Source of the DNA: Chitinivibrionales bacterium
GTDB lineage: Bacteria > Fibrobacterota > Chitinivibrionia > Chitinivibrionales > JANQEN01
Length of the DNA: 64,000 bases
Reading direction: 5' to 3'
Assembly (NCBI GenBank): GCA_028278335.1
Contig: JANQEN010000203.1
Coordinates: forward strand, 107,950 to 171,949
Below are positions 53,445-62,433 of this stretch, in pieces. Made by a program: the position numbers and the translations under genes. The notes below the pieces were generated by a model. That model saw only the letters and a list, made by a program, of their open reading frames with translations. It had not been told where the DNA came from and did no database searches. Every line of letters starts with the position of its first letter. The first letter of the stretch is position 1.

Positions 53445-55970
53445 TTATTTTAAAATCATCATTTTTTTACTGGATGTCACTTTGCCATCCAAGCATAATC
53501 TATATATAAACATTCCGTTTGTCAGCTTCTTTGCATTGAATCTTGCCTGGTAAAATCCTTTGCTTTGTTTTTTATTTAATATGCTTTGAACTTCAGTTCC
53601 AGTGATATCAAAAACCGAAAGTTTAACATGACCATCATTTTCAAGTAAATATTCTATTGTGGTTCTCCCATTGAAGGGGTTTGGGTAATTTTGGAATAAG
53701 AAAATTGAAGTAGGTAGGTTTCTACTTGTATATAAACCCATAGAATCTTGCCACCTAAAATATGGATATCCATTGTTTTTCCTAGAATCAATATCCCAAA
53801 TATTTTTAAAATCCCAATCAACTGTACCATAAGTAGAAAGAGACTTCATTTCATTTGTAGTTTTTCCTATACCTTCAGCACTAACAGATTGTCCTGATGC
53901 TTCAATATCCCAAAAACAAGAAATTACCCGACCATTTTCTGAACTTCCTACTAGTCCACCAGCAACATTAGTTAAACCTTGAACTTTAGCATAACTATAG
54001 GAATTTATAACCGGTACCATGGCATCATTATCCCCAACGTGACCCGCTAATCCTCCAATTGAGTTAGTCCCAGACACTTTACCTTTGCTGTAACAATTCC
54101 TTATGTCGGTCTTTGCATGACCACAAAGGCCACCGATCCAGTCCCAGCCCGAAATCTCAACATCACTAAAACATTCTTCGATTTCACCTTTGTTGTACCC
54201 GCAAATACCACCAACAGAAAAAAGTCCTGTAACAGTTCCGGTCACAAAACATTTCTTAACTGATGATGAATTACGAGCAACTAGACCTGCTACATCTATC
54301 CCTCCAGTAACATCTACATTTATGAGCCCTAAATTCTTTATCTCTTGTCCAGTCGCCCCAAACAAAGCAACCAAATTGCCATTTGGACGATTAATATATA
54401 GATTATTTATTGTATGAAATTGACCATCATAGTTGGCAATTCTAATAGGTTCATCTCCCCATCCATAATATCCACCTGAGCCATTTGAAAACATTGTTCG
54501 AGTAATAGATGCATCTATATGCTTTGTTTGAACATAATAATAATCCCACCTCTGTTTTAACAAACTTAACCAGTACAGGTTTTCAAATGAAGCGATCTTG
54601 TAAGGATTCTCTTTTGTACCAGATCCCTCTGGCTGAACAGCATTAATTTCTAAAGTCTTAAAACTTATCTCCTTACTGTATTGAGTACCTTTTGAGTTTG
54701 TCACATAACCTCTTATGTGATATTCCGTAGAAGGCATTAACCCAGTGATTTTTATACTGAATACCCCGGTATCAATAGCTGATCCCAGCTTAATAACATC
54801 ATCTTCAATAGTGGGAAACCTTGTCGTGTCCCAGCAGAATCCATATTGTAAGATGTCATAATCTCCAACGCAAACGATATCAGACTGGCAGGACACACTA
54901 TTTAATCCTATGTCGAGGATCTCAATATTATCAAGAACTAGACCATGAAATAATGTTTGCCAGGATAGATAAGGATATCCTTCATTTTTTCCCTCCTCAA
55001 TTTTCCAGATATCCCCTTGTTCATTATAATTTGTGACTTCAAAATTCCATCCTGCATCAGTATATGTGCTAACAGTTTTCATTTCTGAAGTTGACAAGCC
55101 TAATCCGCCATTGCTAAAAGTCTGTTTAGATGTTTCTATATTCCAAAAACTCTTAATCACATTTCCAGGTATACTACTATAACCTATCAGGCCTCCAATT
55201 CTATTTGCCCCATGTCCAGTCCTGAGACCTACCAAGCCAACTGAATAACAATTTTCTACGATTGACCCATTTGTAAGCCATCCCAATAATCCACCGACCT
55301 CTGTAGCTCCCGTCACAATACATAAATTATAACAGTTTCTTATATTTGTATTTTCTGAATACCCAGCAACACCACCTAATAAACGGATCGTATAGACGTA
55401 TTGTTTACCGATTACTTTTCCCGCGGAATAGCTGGATATTATTTTGCTGTTCGATGTTTTTCCAACAATCCCACCTGTATGGGATTCCCCATAAATGATA
55501 CCGTGGCACCAACATTGATCTATTATAGAGTTGTTGCACACTCCTGATAGCATCCCAATAAATTCTAATCCTTCAATGTAAGTATTATTTAATCCCAATT
55601 TCTGAACAGTTGCATTTTCGATTATACCAAACAAACCCAATTGTTTTTGAGAGGAACGATTGATATACAATTCATCAATCATGTAATTCTGTCCATTATA
55701 TGACCCTGTAAAATGAATCGATGTATCACCTATTGGCAGCCACCCATGGCCATCAAACCAGTCATATGTTTCTGATGCATTTATATCAGCAATTTGAATA
55801 AACTCTTTATCCCAGTTAGCTGTATCTGTTGCAATCCAGTAAAGATTTTGCAGATTTGCAATCTGATATGGATTCTCACTTGAACCAGTACCAAATTCAG
55901 GAGCAATTGCCTTTTGTGGATAACCCTTTGTACATAAAAGAAAAAATAAATAAAACAATAATCTCTTCAT
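53445..55970 (-). CDS. T9SS-sorted secreted protein with two blocks of GLUG-motif repeats and an FN3-like domain
   Basis: Signal peptide. Repeated GGLxG motifs (TGGIVGK, LGGVAGY, VGGLLGW, IGGLIGY, VGGICGY, IGGLCGH, IGGLAGH, AGGLVGS). C-terminal type-A CTD: FQNYPNPFNGRTTIEY...GMFIYRL. Confidence 0.7.
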   Translation of the reverse strand: MKRLLFYLFFLLCTKGYPQKAIAPEFGTGSSENPYQIANLQNLYWIATDTANWDKEFIQIADINASETYDWFDGHGWLPIGDTSIHFTGSYNGQNYMIDELYINRSSQKQLGLFGIIENATVQKLGLNNTYIEGLEFIGMLSGVCNNSIIDQCWCHGIIYGESHTGGIVGKTSNSKIISSYSAGKVIGKQYVYTIRLLGGVAGYSENTNIRNCYNLCIVTGATEVGGLLGWLTNGSIVENCYSVGLVGLRTGHGANRIGGLIGYSSIPGNVIKSFWNIETSKQTFSNGGLGLSTSEMKTVSTYTDAGWNFEVTNYNEQGDIWKIEEGKNEGYPYLSWQTLFHGLVLDNIEILDIGLNSVSCQSDIVCVGDYDILQYGFCWDTTRFPTIEDDVIKLGSAIDTGVFSIKITGLMPSTEYHIRGYVTNSKGTQYSKEISFKTLEINAVQPEGSGTKENPYKIASFENLYWLSLLKQRWDYYYVQTKHIDASITRTMFSNGSGGYYGWGDEPIRIANYDGQFHTINNLYINRPNGNLVALFGATGQEIKNLGLINVDVTGGIDVAGLVARNSSSVKKCFVTGTVTGLFSVGGICGYNKGEIEECFSDVEISGWDWIGGLCGHAKTDIRNCYSKGKVSGTNSIGGLAGHVGDNDAMVPVINSYSYAKVQGLTNVAGGLVGSSENGRVISCFWDIEASGQSVSAEGIGKTTNEMKSLSTYGTVDWDFKNIWDIDSRKNNGYPYFRWQDSMGLYTSRNLPTSIFLFQNYPNPFNGRTTIEYLLENDGHVKLSVFDITGTEVQSILNKKQSKGFYQARFNAKKLTNGMFIYRLCLDGKVTSSKKMMILK

Positions 55971-56347
55971 GCTGAATCTCCGACAGAATTGATGATAAGC
56001 AAATTTATATTGACGATCTGAGTGGAAAATTTTGATGAGAGAGCCGTAGAAACCTTGCTGAAATTCATATCATCGTTTTTGGGGACAAAAATAAAATCTA
56101 TATGACAATCATTTTAAATTGAAAAACAATTATTATCAAATTGACTCACACTTACTAATATAAATACCACTACCACACAAAGCCAATCAATTCCAGAGCA
56201 CTATTTATCAATATCGATTTATTAACAATTCCACGTTATTGAGATAATTTGCATTCTACTACTAATACACACAATTGCCTTACCTTCTGTTTTTTCATAT
56301 ATTTTACCTGTTAAATGTAGTCTATTAAAAATTGTAGAAAGCAACAT

Positions 56348-57055
56348 ATGACCAAACCAAAAATCCTCATTGTAGAAGATCAAAAAACAATAGCCGATGC
56401 CTTGGGAGTTACCTGTGAATTTGAAGCTATGAAGTCCATAGTTGTGTACAATGGAACCGACGGTCTTAAAGCTTTTAATGAACACGATGATATTGATCTG
56501 GTTGTCCTTGATATTAATCTGCCTGATATCAATGGTTTTGAACTATGCCGAAACATGAGGAGCAAGAGGGAAATCCCTATTGTGTTTTTAACATCCCGGG
56601 TTAGTGATATTGATGAGATCTGTGGCCTTGAAATGGGTGCTGATGCGTACCTTAAAAAACCAGTAAAACCGCGGACCGTGATTGCCCACGTCCGGGCCAT
56701 GCTGCGGCGGTCAAAGGAGTATTCAAACCAAACCAAGGATTCCACTAAGTTAGGAGAGGAAAAGCAAAAGTCATATCCTGAATTCACTATTGATGAAGCA
56801 TCAAAAACTATTACCTACAAAAAACAGGAGCTTGATCTAACAGCCTCTGAGTTTATTATTCTTTCAACATTTATACAAAATCGAGGTCGCATTTTTTCCC
56901 ATAACCAAATCATGTCAATGGTAGATGATGAAACCTTAGTGTTACCAAAGAGCGTATCCATGCGAATTGGTCGCATTCGTCAAAAACTCAATGCCATATC
57001 ACCAGAGTGTGAGGTAATTGTTACCTGTCATGGTACTGGATATAAGATTGTATAA
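56348..57055 (+). CDS. OmpR/PhoB-family response regulator (receiver plus winged-helix); no cognate kinase in the window
   Basis: Receiver KILIVEDQ...DLVVLDINLPDINGFEL...FLTSR...GADAYLKKP. C-terminal wHTH: LTASEFIILSTFIQNRGRIFSHNQIM...HGTGYKI. Confidence 0.85.
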   Translation: MTKPKILIVEDQKTIADALGVTCEFEAMKSIVVYNGTDGLKAFNEHDDIDLVVLDINLPDINGFELCRNMRSKREIPIVFLTSRVSDIDEICGLEMGADAYLKKPVKPRTVIAHVRAMLRRSKEYSNQTKDSTKLGEEKQKSYPEFTIDEASKTITYKKQELDLTASEFIILSTFIQNRGRIFSHNQIMSMVDDETLVLPKSVSMRIGRIRQKLNAISPECEVIVTCHGTGYKIV

Positions 57056-57067
57056 AGAAATTATGTT

Positions 57068-57853
57068 ATGAACAAAAGTTCAATAAAAGGATATAATATG
57101 AGAAAGTCTGTCTCAATTTTATTAATTGCCGTTATTCTAATCTCCTGTTCACCACACTTGAAATATTTCCATTTTGAATATAACCATGAAAAGTGTCATC
57201 AGATTAAATCTGTGGTTGTAACTCCAATTGACATGGTCTGGGATAAACCCAAAGGTGCTACCGACCAATGCATTGCAAAAGTTGAAACGACTATTGAGGA
57301 ATATCTTAAGGACAATGGTTTTTCAGTTCTTTCGAATAAAATCTTAGAAAAGCATTGGGAAGAAGAATCTCAAAAAGCCGGTGGTTTTTTTGATCCCAGA
57401 ACCGGGAAAGTGAATGGGTCAAAAGTCAGTAAACATCTAATGAATACTATAAAAATTGCCGGTGAGATACAAAATTTTGATGCAATCATTTTTTTACGAA
57501 TAATGAAGAGACCGGCAAAACTTGTTGGAGATAGAGTATACTGGGATGGTAGCTCAAGGAAGATATATGATGACAATGGTGATGTCATAACTGATGTGAC
57601 TTGGCAAGGAGAAATTGGTGCTTTATCACTAAGTATTCAAATTTTTAATCGAAACCAAAAACTCCTTTTCCGCAGCGTTGGCGCATTAGAGTTTCCCTAT
57701 GAGTTTTCTAAAACGTATACAAAAAAAGAGTTTGTTTGGAAACAACAGTTTAATTTCAACACAGATGAGGTTATGGAAGGGATAAGTGTTGCCTTACACC
57801 CATTTATTGCTTATAAGAACTATCCAAAGAATCCTCAATTTTATCAAGAATAA
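57068..57853 (+). CDS. hypothetical lipoprotein
   Basis: Lipobox LLIAVILISC (start possibly at MRKSV, 57098). I recognise no family. Confidence 0.45.
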   Translation: MNKSSIKGYNMRKSVSILLIAVILISCSPHLKYFHFEYNHEKCHQIKSVVVTPIDMVWDKPKGATDQCIAKVETTIEEYLKDNGFSVLSNKILEKHWEEESQKAGGFFDPRTGKVNGSKVSKHLMNTIKIAGEIQNFDAIIFLRIMKRPAKLVGDRVYWDGSSRKIYDDNGDVITDVTWQGEIGALSLSIQIFNRNQKLLFRSVGALEFPYEFSKTYTKKEFVWKQQFNFNTDEVMEGISVALHPFIAYKNYPKNPQFYQE

Positions 57854-57901
57854 CCAATCAGGACTTTGATATGTGGGTTGAGAAAAGGCGATTCTGTTCT
57901 C

Positions 57902-58373
57902 AACATCTCCTTAGTCGAGGTAGAGAATCTACTCTCTGACTCATAACATCTCCTTGGTCGAGGTGGAGAATCAACTTTTTGACTCTTAACATCTCCTTGG
58001 TCGAGGTGGAGAATCAACTTTTTGATTCATAACATCTCCTTGGTCGAAGTAGTGAATCAACTTTTTGACTCTTAACATCTCCTTGGTCAAGGTAGTAAAT
58101 CAACTTTTTGACTCATAACATCTCCTTGGTCGAAGTAGTGAATCAACTTTTTGACTCATAACATCTCCTTGGTCGAAGTAGTGAATCAACTTTTTGACTC
58201 TTAACATCTCCTTGGTCGAGGTAGCAAATCAACTATTTGATTCAAAACATCTTCTTGGTCGAGGTAGTAAATCAACTTTTTGACTCATAACATCTCCTTG
58301 GTCGAGGTAGAGAATCAACTATTTGACTTAGTACCTCGACCTTGGTCGAAGTAGGGAATGAAAGTTGTAAAAG
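57902..58373. repeat. 43-bp tandem repeat array, 10 full units plus a degenerate, partly inverted 11th unit
   Basis: Units start at 57902, 57945, 57988, 58031, 58074, 58117, 58160, 58203, 58246 and 58289. Consensus: aacatctccttggtcgaRgtRgWRaatcaactttttgactcWt. There are no unique spacers, and variation is concentrated in positions 16-25. Confidence 0.9.
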
Positions 58374-58420
58374 AAGTCTTTTCTATTCAGTACCTATGCA
58401 AAAATAGAGCGATTCTACAA

Positions 58421-58489
58421 ATGTCACTAAAATGTCGCCAAATTGTGGCATTTCTGTGGAGATTTTGTGGATTATCACAGCCATATTAA
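58421..58489 (+). promoter_or_regulatory. five 11-bp-phased NTGT(C/G) direct repeats (Pho-box-like) plus a -10-like TATTAA, upstream of the 58603 gene
   Basis: ATGTC (58421), ATGTC (58432), TTGTG (58443), CTGTG (58454) and TTGTG (58465) are spaced exactly 11 bp apart. TATTAA is at 58484-58489. The first two repeats, ATGTCACTAAAATGTCGC, resemble the E. coli Pho box CTGTCATA(A/T)A(A/T)CTGTCA(C/T). Confidence 0.35.
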
Positions 58490-58602
58490 GAGTAGACAAA
58501 AGAAAGGAGGTTAGCGTGAAGATTTTAAAACTACCCTACGATGCCCAACCAAGAAGGAAAAGGCAATGTAATTCTAAAATTTATCAATGAAAGGAAGATA
58601 TT

Positions 58603-59370
58603 ATGTTTATTAAAACTGGAAAATTGCTGGTTACCAATTTAGAAAACCATGTGCTTTATGAATTTGGCGTTAGCTTGTATTCGTTAACCAATGAAATAGG
58701 AGCAACGGTGGGAGTTTTAGTTGAGCATACTCCAGCGATTTTAGAAGCGTTAAATGATTTTGAAAAGGCGTTTACAAAAATGAGTAAGCATCCGCTTACC
58801 GCTAAAATTAAAGAGAAACATGAACAAAGAATAATGTTGTATAGGGCTCTCAAACAGCAGATTTCTTTTTCTCAGTTGCTCTTTACCAATCCTGTAGCAC
58901 AAGGTTCAGCCATAGCCTGTAAGGATGCAATGTACTCCAGTGGTTTATGGGTGAAGTGTAACTTCTCCTATCGTTTGGCAACGCAGATCATTCGCCAATT
59001 AATTCAAGAGTGTGCAAAGGAGCCCTTTGCACAGTGGATGGTTGATCTCTCTTTGGCATCGCTTATTGAGAGTTTGCAGGATGTACAAACTGAGTATGAA
59101 ACTCTCAAACATGAGCGTATTGAGGACAAAGGGAATGATTTGACACTTGTCCAAAAAGCTGCAAGAAGAAACCTTATTGAAGCAGTGATGTCTACGCTTA
59201 GTACAATCGACTTTGCTGCACAGCGCGGTAATGAAAATGTTGAAACCTTGGTCAATGAAGTTTCAGAGATGATTGTTGAGACAAATTCTCTTACCAGAGC
59301 TGCAAAAACCCGCATGGAAAAAGGTGAGGTTGAACCAATTGCAGAAGAGGAGGCTCCTGTGTATGAGTAA
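58603..59370 (+). CDS. hypothetical all-helical cytoplasmic protein with an acidic C-terminus
   Basis: 255 aa with no TM helix or signal peptide. It has heptad-like helical segments and the tail EVEPIAEEEAPVYE, and is followed by a clean terminator. I cannot place it confidently in a family. Confidence 0.5.
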   Translation: MFIKTGKLLVTNLENHVLYEFGVSLYSLTNEIGATVGVLVEHTPAILEALNDFEKAFTKMSKHPLTAKIKEKHEQRIMLYRALKQQISFSQLLFTNPVAQGSAIACKDAMYSSGLWVKCNFSYRLATQIIRQLIQECAKEPFAQWMVDLSLASLIESLQDVQTEYETLKHERIEDKGNDLTLVQKAARRNLIEAVMSTLSTIDFAAQRGNENVETLVNEVSEMIVETNSLTRAAKTRMEKGEVEPIAEEEAPVYE

Positions 59371-59397
59371 AGAAACATTCTCAGAGATAGGAGGATA

Positions 59398-59433
59398 GCG
59401 GGAACTGTCAGGAAAGATGGTTCCCGCTTTTTT
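59398..59433 (+). terminator. Rho-independent terminator
   Basis: Stem gcgggaac (59398-59405) / gttcccgc (59420-59427) followed by TTTTTT (59428-59433). Confidence 0.75.
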
Positions 59434-59587
59434 GTCTAAACCACAGATTGCCTCAGATAATAGGATGACACAGATTAAAAATACATTTTATAAACAATTT
59501 ATTGAGTTCCATAACAGCCTCCCTTGCGGTTGGAGGGCGCCAAACCATAATAACATTTATTATTCCTCATTTACCATGATTCTTTGA

Positions 59588-60020
59588 GTGGTGAGATCGC
59601 CACGCTTTGCTCGCGATGACAAAATTTTGACATTCGACAATCTTTTTATCTTTTGCGTTAGCCAGGTGGAAGGTGGCCGAAGGCCAGTCCGAGCAGAGCG
59701 AGGACCGACCGGAGGAGAGCCTGGTTGGTACTATTAACCATAAAATTAAAATCCCGATTTATCGGGAAACCACGGCGACCCTGCAAAGCAGGGTAATGCC
59801 CAAACACCAAATACTGTTTACTTAAATGGATTAAAAAGTGAGATCGCCATGCTTTGCTCGCAATGACCAATGTCGTTTGGCTTCCATCAATCTTTTAATT
59901 TTTTGCGCGAGGGATATGGAGGGCGGCGAAGCCGGTGATTTTTGCATAGCAAAAATTACTGAAGCGAACGCGGAACCCGGAGCAGCCCGACCCGAGCCTG
60001 CGAGGGACGCGCCCAATTTT
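59588..60020 (+). repeat. two tandemly arranged composite GC-rich repeat modules
   Basis: gtgagatcgccaYgctttgctcgcRatgac occurs at 59588 and 59837. Each copy is followed by caatcttttWaW(Y)ttttgcg and a GC-rich tail (ggtggaaggtggccgaaggcc... / atggagggcggcgaagcc...). The second tail is homologous to 45328-45436 in inverted orientation. Confidence 0.65.
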
Positions 60021-60145
60021 AAAAACTAAACATTTAATCGCCTTAAAAGTAATAAATCACTAAATCTATCGGAATTTTCTAAGCTAAGAAATTATATTTA
60101 GACGAAAATCATTTGGTGTTATTTTGACAAAACAGGAGAAAGTGC

Positions 60146-61879
60146 ATGACCGATTCGCAGGGAAGACCCATCCGCAGTGGGCCCTATCCAGAACTTACCC
60201 TTTCTGCAGTCATTGTTGGATATGTTATTGGTGCTGTGGTTACCTTAAGCTTTGGCTATGCAGCCTTAGTCTTAGGTTTCGGTAAAAATGCCTCTGAACT
60301 TGCAGCGATCCTTGGATTTGGTGTTCTCCGAGGAGTTTTAAGACGGACCAGTATTGTAGAGAATAACATTAACCAAACCATTGCCAGTGCGGTTAATAGT
60401 GCCTCTGGGGGTATGATGTTTTCTATCCCCGCACTATTTATCATGGGTCGAACAGAATTCAATCCCTACCTCATCACCATTGCCTGTATTGCCGGTGGCA
60501 TTTTAGGGATTGCCTTTATTATCCCCTTAAGAAAACAGATGATTGATTATAACCGTCTAGCCTATCCCGGTGGAATTGCCGTTGCCACAATTCTTAAAAC
60601 ACCCGGTGCTGGTGTACGGAAGGCCATGTTAATGATTGGCGGCTTTGCCATTAGTGCAGTCTTTGCAATCATCTTTAAATCTATTGGTCTTAAATATTGG
60701 AATTGCGGTGCAGCCCTGGGGTTGCCACCTTATTTAAACTTAACCTTTTTTGTCTCTCTCATGACCATTGCCGTGGGGTATCTTGCTGGACGGGGAGGCA
60801 TATTTTTCTTTGTTGGTGGCTTTGTATGTTATTTTATTTTGGCGCCAATTTTAAACGGCCTTGGTGTGCTACCAGGACAAGAAACTCTTGTTACCCTCAA
60901 TAAAGATATGCCCGACTATCTTCGTCTCTTTCTCTTTAGGCCGGTTGGTATTGGTATGTTGATTGGCGGCGCTCTGACTGGAATTGTTTTAGCCTTTCCC
61001 ATGATAAAAGGAGCCATTGCTGGAATGCAGCGCGCCTCAAAACTAAAAAAATCGATTTCAAAAGATGAATTACCAATTAAGCTACTTTACTTTGCCATAG
61101 CCCTAGCCTGTGTGGTGCTCTTTATTGTGGCAACCCTTTCTACAAAGGAGATGGGGATCGGACGTGGCCTTCTCATGGGACTTTTAGGGACGCTTTGGGT
61201 CTGGATTGCCGGCGTAATTGTATCGGAGTGCCTTGGCAGAACAAATTGGTCTCCCCTTTCAGGGATGACCCTGATTGCAGTGACTATACTTATCCTTATT
61301 TCAAGTGGTTTGGGAGATGTAGCCTCTACCATTTCATCAATCTTAGTTGGTGCAGCAGTATGTGTTGCTCTTGCTCAAGCCGGTGATATGATGCAGGATT
61401 TAAAGACAGGCTTTTTAGTTGGATCAACCCCGTCAAAACAGCAGATTGGCCAGCTCTTATCGGTTTGGCTTGGCCCTATTCTAATTATGGCATTGATCTA
61501 TCTTTTACATAACGAATATGGTTTAGGCTCAAAAGAGCTTCCTGCTCCCCAGGGTAAAGCCTTGGCAAGCGTGATCGAAGGTATTCAGGGTGGCAACGTG
61601 CCAGTACTAAAGTACATTGCCGGTGCAGCCTTGGGCGCACTGCTCAGCACTGCCGGGATCGGTGGGCTGGGTGTATTAACCGGCTTAGGATTTTATATGC
61701 CCTTTGCCATTGTGTTAACCTATTCCCTAGGTTGCTTTATACGAATATTTGTAGATTGGAAAAAGGGTACGCAGTTTAGTCATAATATTGGGATACCAAT
61801 TGCTGCAGGATTAATTGTTGGTGAGGCACTCATTGGGATCGGCTTTGCCCTGTTCAAAGTTGCAAAAGGCTTTTTTTAA
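60146..61879 (+). CDS. OPT-family oligopeptide transporter
   Basis: 577 aa and about 16 TM helices. The blocks ELTLSAVIVGYVIGAVV..., LAYPGGIAVATILK and GDMMQDLKTGFLVGSTP are typical of bacterial OPT proteins. Confidence 0.8.
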   Translation: MTDSQGRPIRSGPYPELTLSAVIVGYVIGAVVTLSFGYAALVLGFGKNASELAAILGFGVLRGVLRRTSIVENNINQTIASAVNSASGGMMFSIPALFIMGRTEFNPYLITIACIAGGILGIAFIIPLRKQMIDYNRLAYPGGIAVATILKTPGAGVRKAMLMIGGFAISAVFAIIFKSIGLKYWNCGAALGLPPYLNLTFFVSLMTIAVGYLAGRGGIFFFVGGFVCYFILAPILNGLGVLPGQETLVTLNKDMPDYLRLFLFRPVGIGMLIGGALTGIVLAFPMIKGAIAGMQRASKLKKSISKDELPIKLLYFAIALACVVLFIVATLSTKEMGIGRGLLMGLLGTLWVWIAGVIVSECLGRTNWSPLSGMTLIAVTILILISSGLGDVASTISSILVGAAVCVALAQAGDMMQDLKTGFLVGSTPSKQQIGQLLSVWLGPILIMALIYLLHNEYGLGSKELPAPQGKALASVIEGIQGGNVPVLKYIAGAALGALLSTAGIGGLGVLTGLGFYMPFAIVLTYSLGCFIRIFVDWKKGTQFSHNIGIPIAAGLIVGEALIGIGFALFKVAKGFF

Positions 61880-61895
61880 AAAAGGAAATAATTAC

Positions 61896-62420
61896 ATGAG
61901 AATACTTGGATTTATACTATTGGGTCTTGGATTCATCCTGAGTGCCCTTTCAGCTACTATCAATAAGGAGATGGTAAACTGGAATTACTTTGTTCCCTGT
62001 ATGGTGGTTGGTGTGGTTGGTGTTGTATTATTGCGAATCTCAATAAAAAAGCAACAAAAAGGTGAAAGCAAAGTTGAGGCGGACATTGCTGTGATAACTG
62101 AGAGCCTTAAAAACATTGCCCAAAACATAACTACCTTTAATGGGCAAAAGGGTGAAAGCAATGTCTATGACATTCATTCTAAGATTGACGAACTGTTTAT
62201 TGACGATATAGAGAATTTTTTAAAAGCACGGGAGAGTATCATCCACCATCACAGCATGGAGGTCTATGCTGATTTAATGAACCATTTTGCTGCAGGTGAA
62301 CGCTACCTAAACCGCGCCTGGTCAGCCTCGGCAGATGGCTATGTGGATGAGGTCAATGCCTCAATCGAAAAAGCCTGTGAGCAGTTTGTTTTAGCAAAGA
62401 AACAATTTGAGGGTTTATAG
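61896..62420 (+). CDS. hypothetical membrane protein (two N-terminal TM helices plus a helical cytoplasmic domain)
   Basis: I place the start at MRILGFILLG (61896), with aaaggaaa upstream. The longer ORF from 61815 would overlap the OPT gene by 65 nt. Confidence 0.45.
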   Translation: MRILGFILLGLGFILSALSATINKEMVNWNYFVPCMVVGVVGVVLLRISIKKQQKGESKVEADIAVITESLKNIAQNITTFNGQKGESNVYDIHSKIDELFIDDIENFLKARESIIHHHSMEVYADLMNHFAAGERYLNRAWSASADGYVDEVNASIEKACEQFVLAKKQFEGL

Positions 62421-62433
62421 CATTTAATTGGTA

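Noticed and set aside
57902-58373. The 43-bp repeat array as a CRISPR array
   Set aside because: The units are contiguous, with no unique spacers between them. The variation is point substitutions within the unit, and no cas genes are in the window.
58421-58489. A chromosomal or plasmid replication origin (DnaA-box-like TGTGGATTA / TTATCACAG next to an iteron-like array)
   Set aside because: There is no dnaA, dnaN or rep gene, no obvious AT-rich 13-mer DUE, and the boxes each carry mismatches. The 11-bp phasing fits response-regulator sites better. I keep this only as an alternative reading in the finding.
59658-60029. ORFs 59658-59870 (-), 59831-60016 (-) and 59838-60029 (+) as genes
   Set aside because: These are mutually overlapping ORFs on both strands within the GC-rich repeat modules. 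They have no RBS and a composition-driven amino-acid content.
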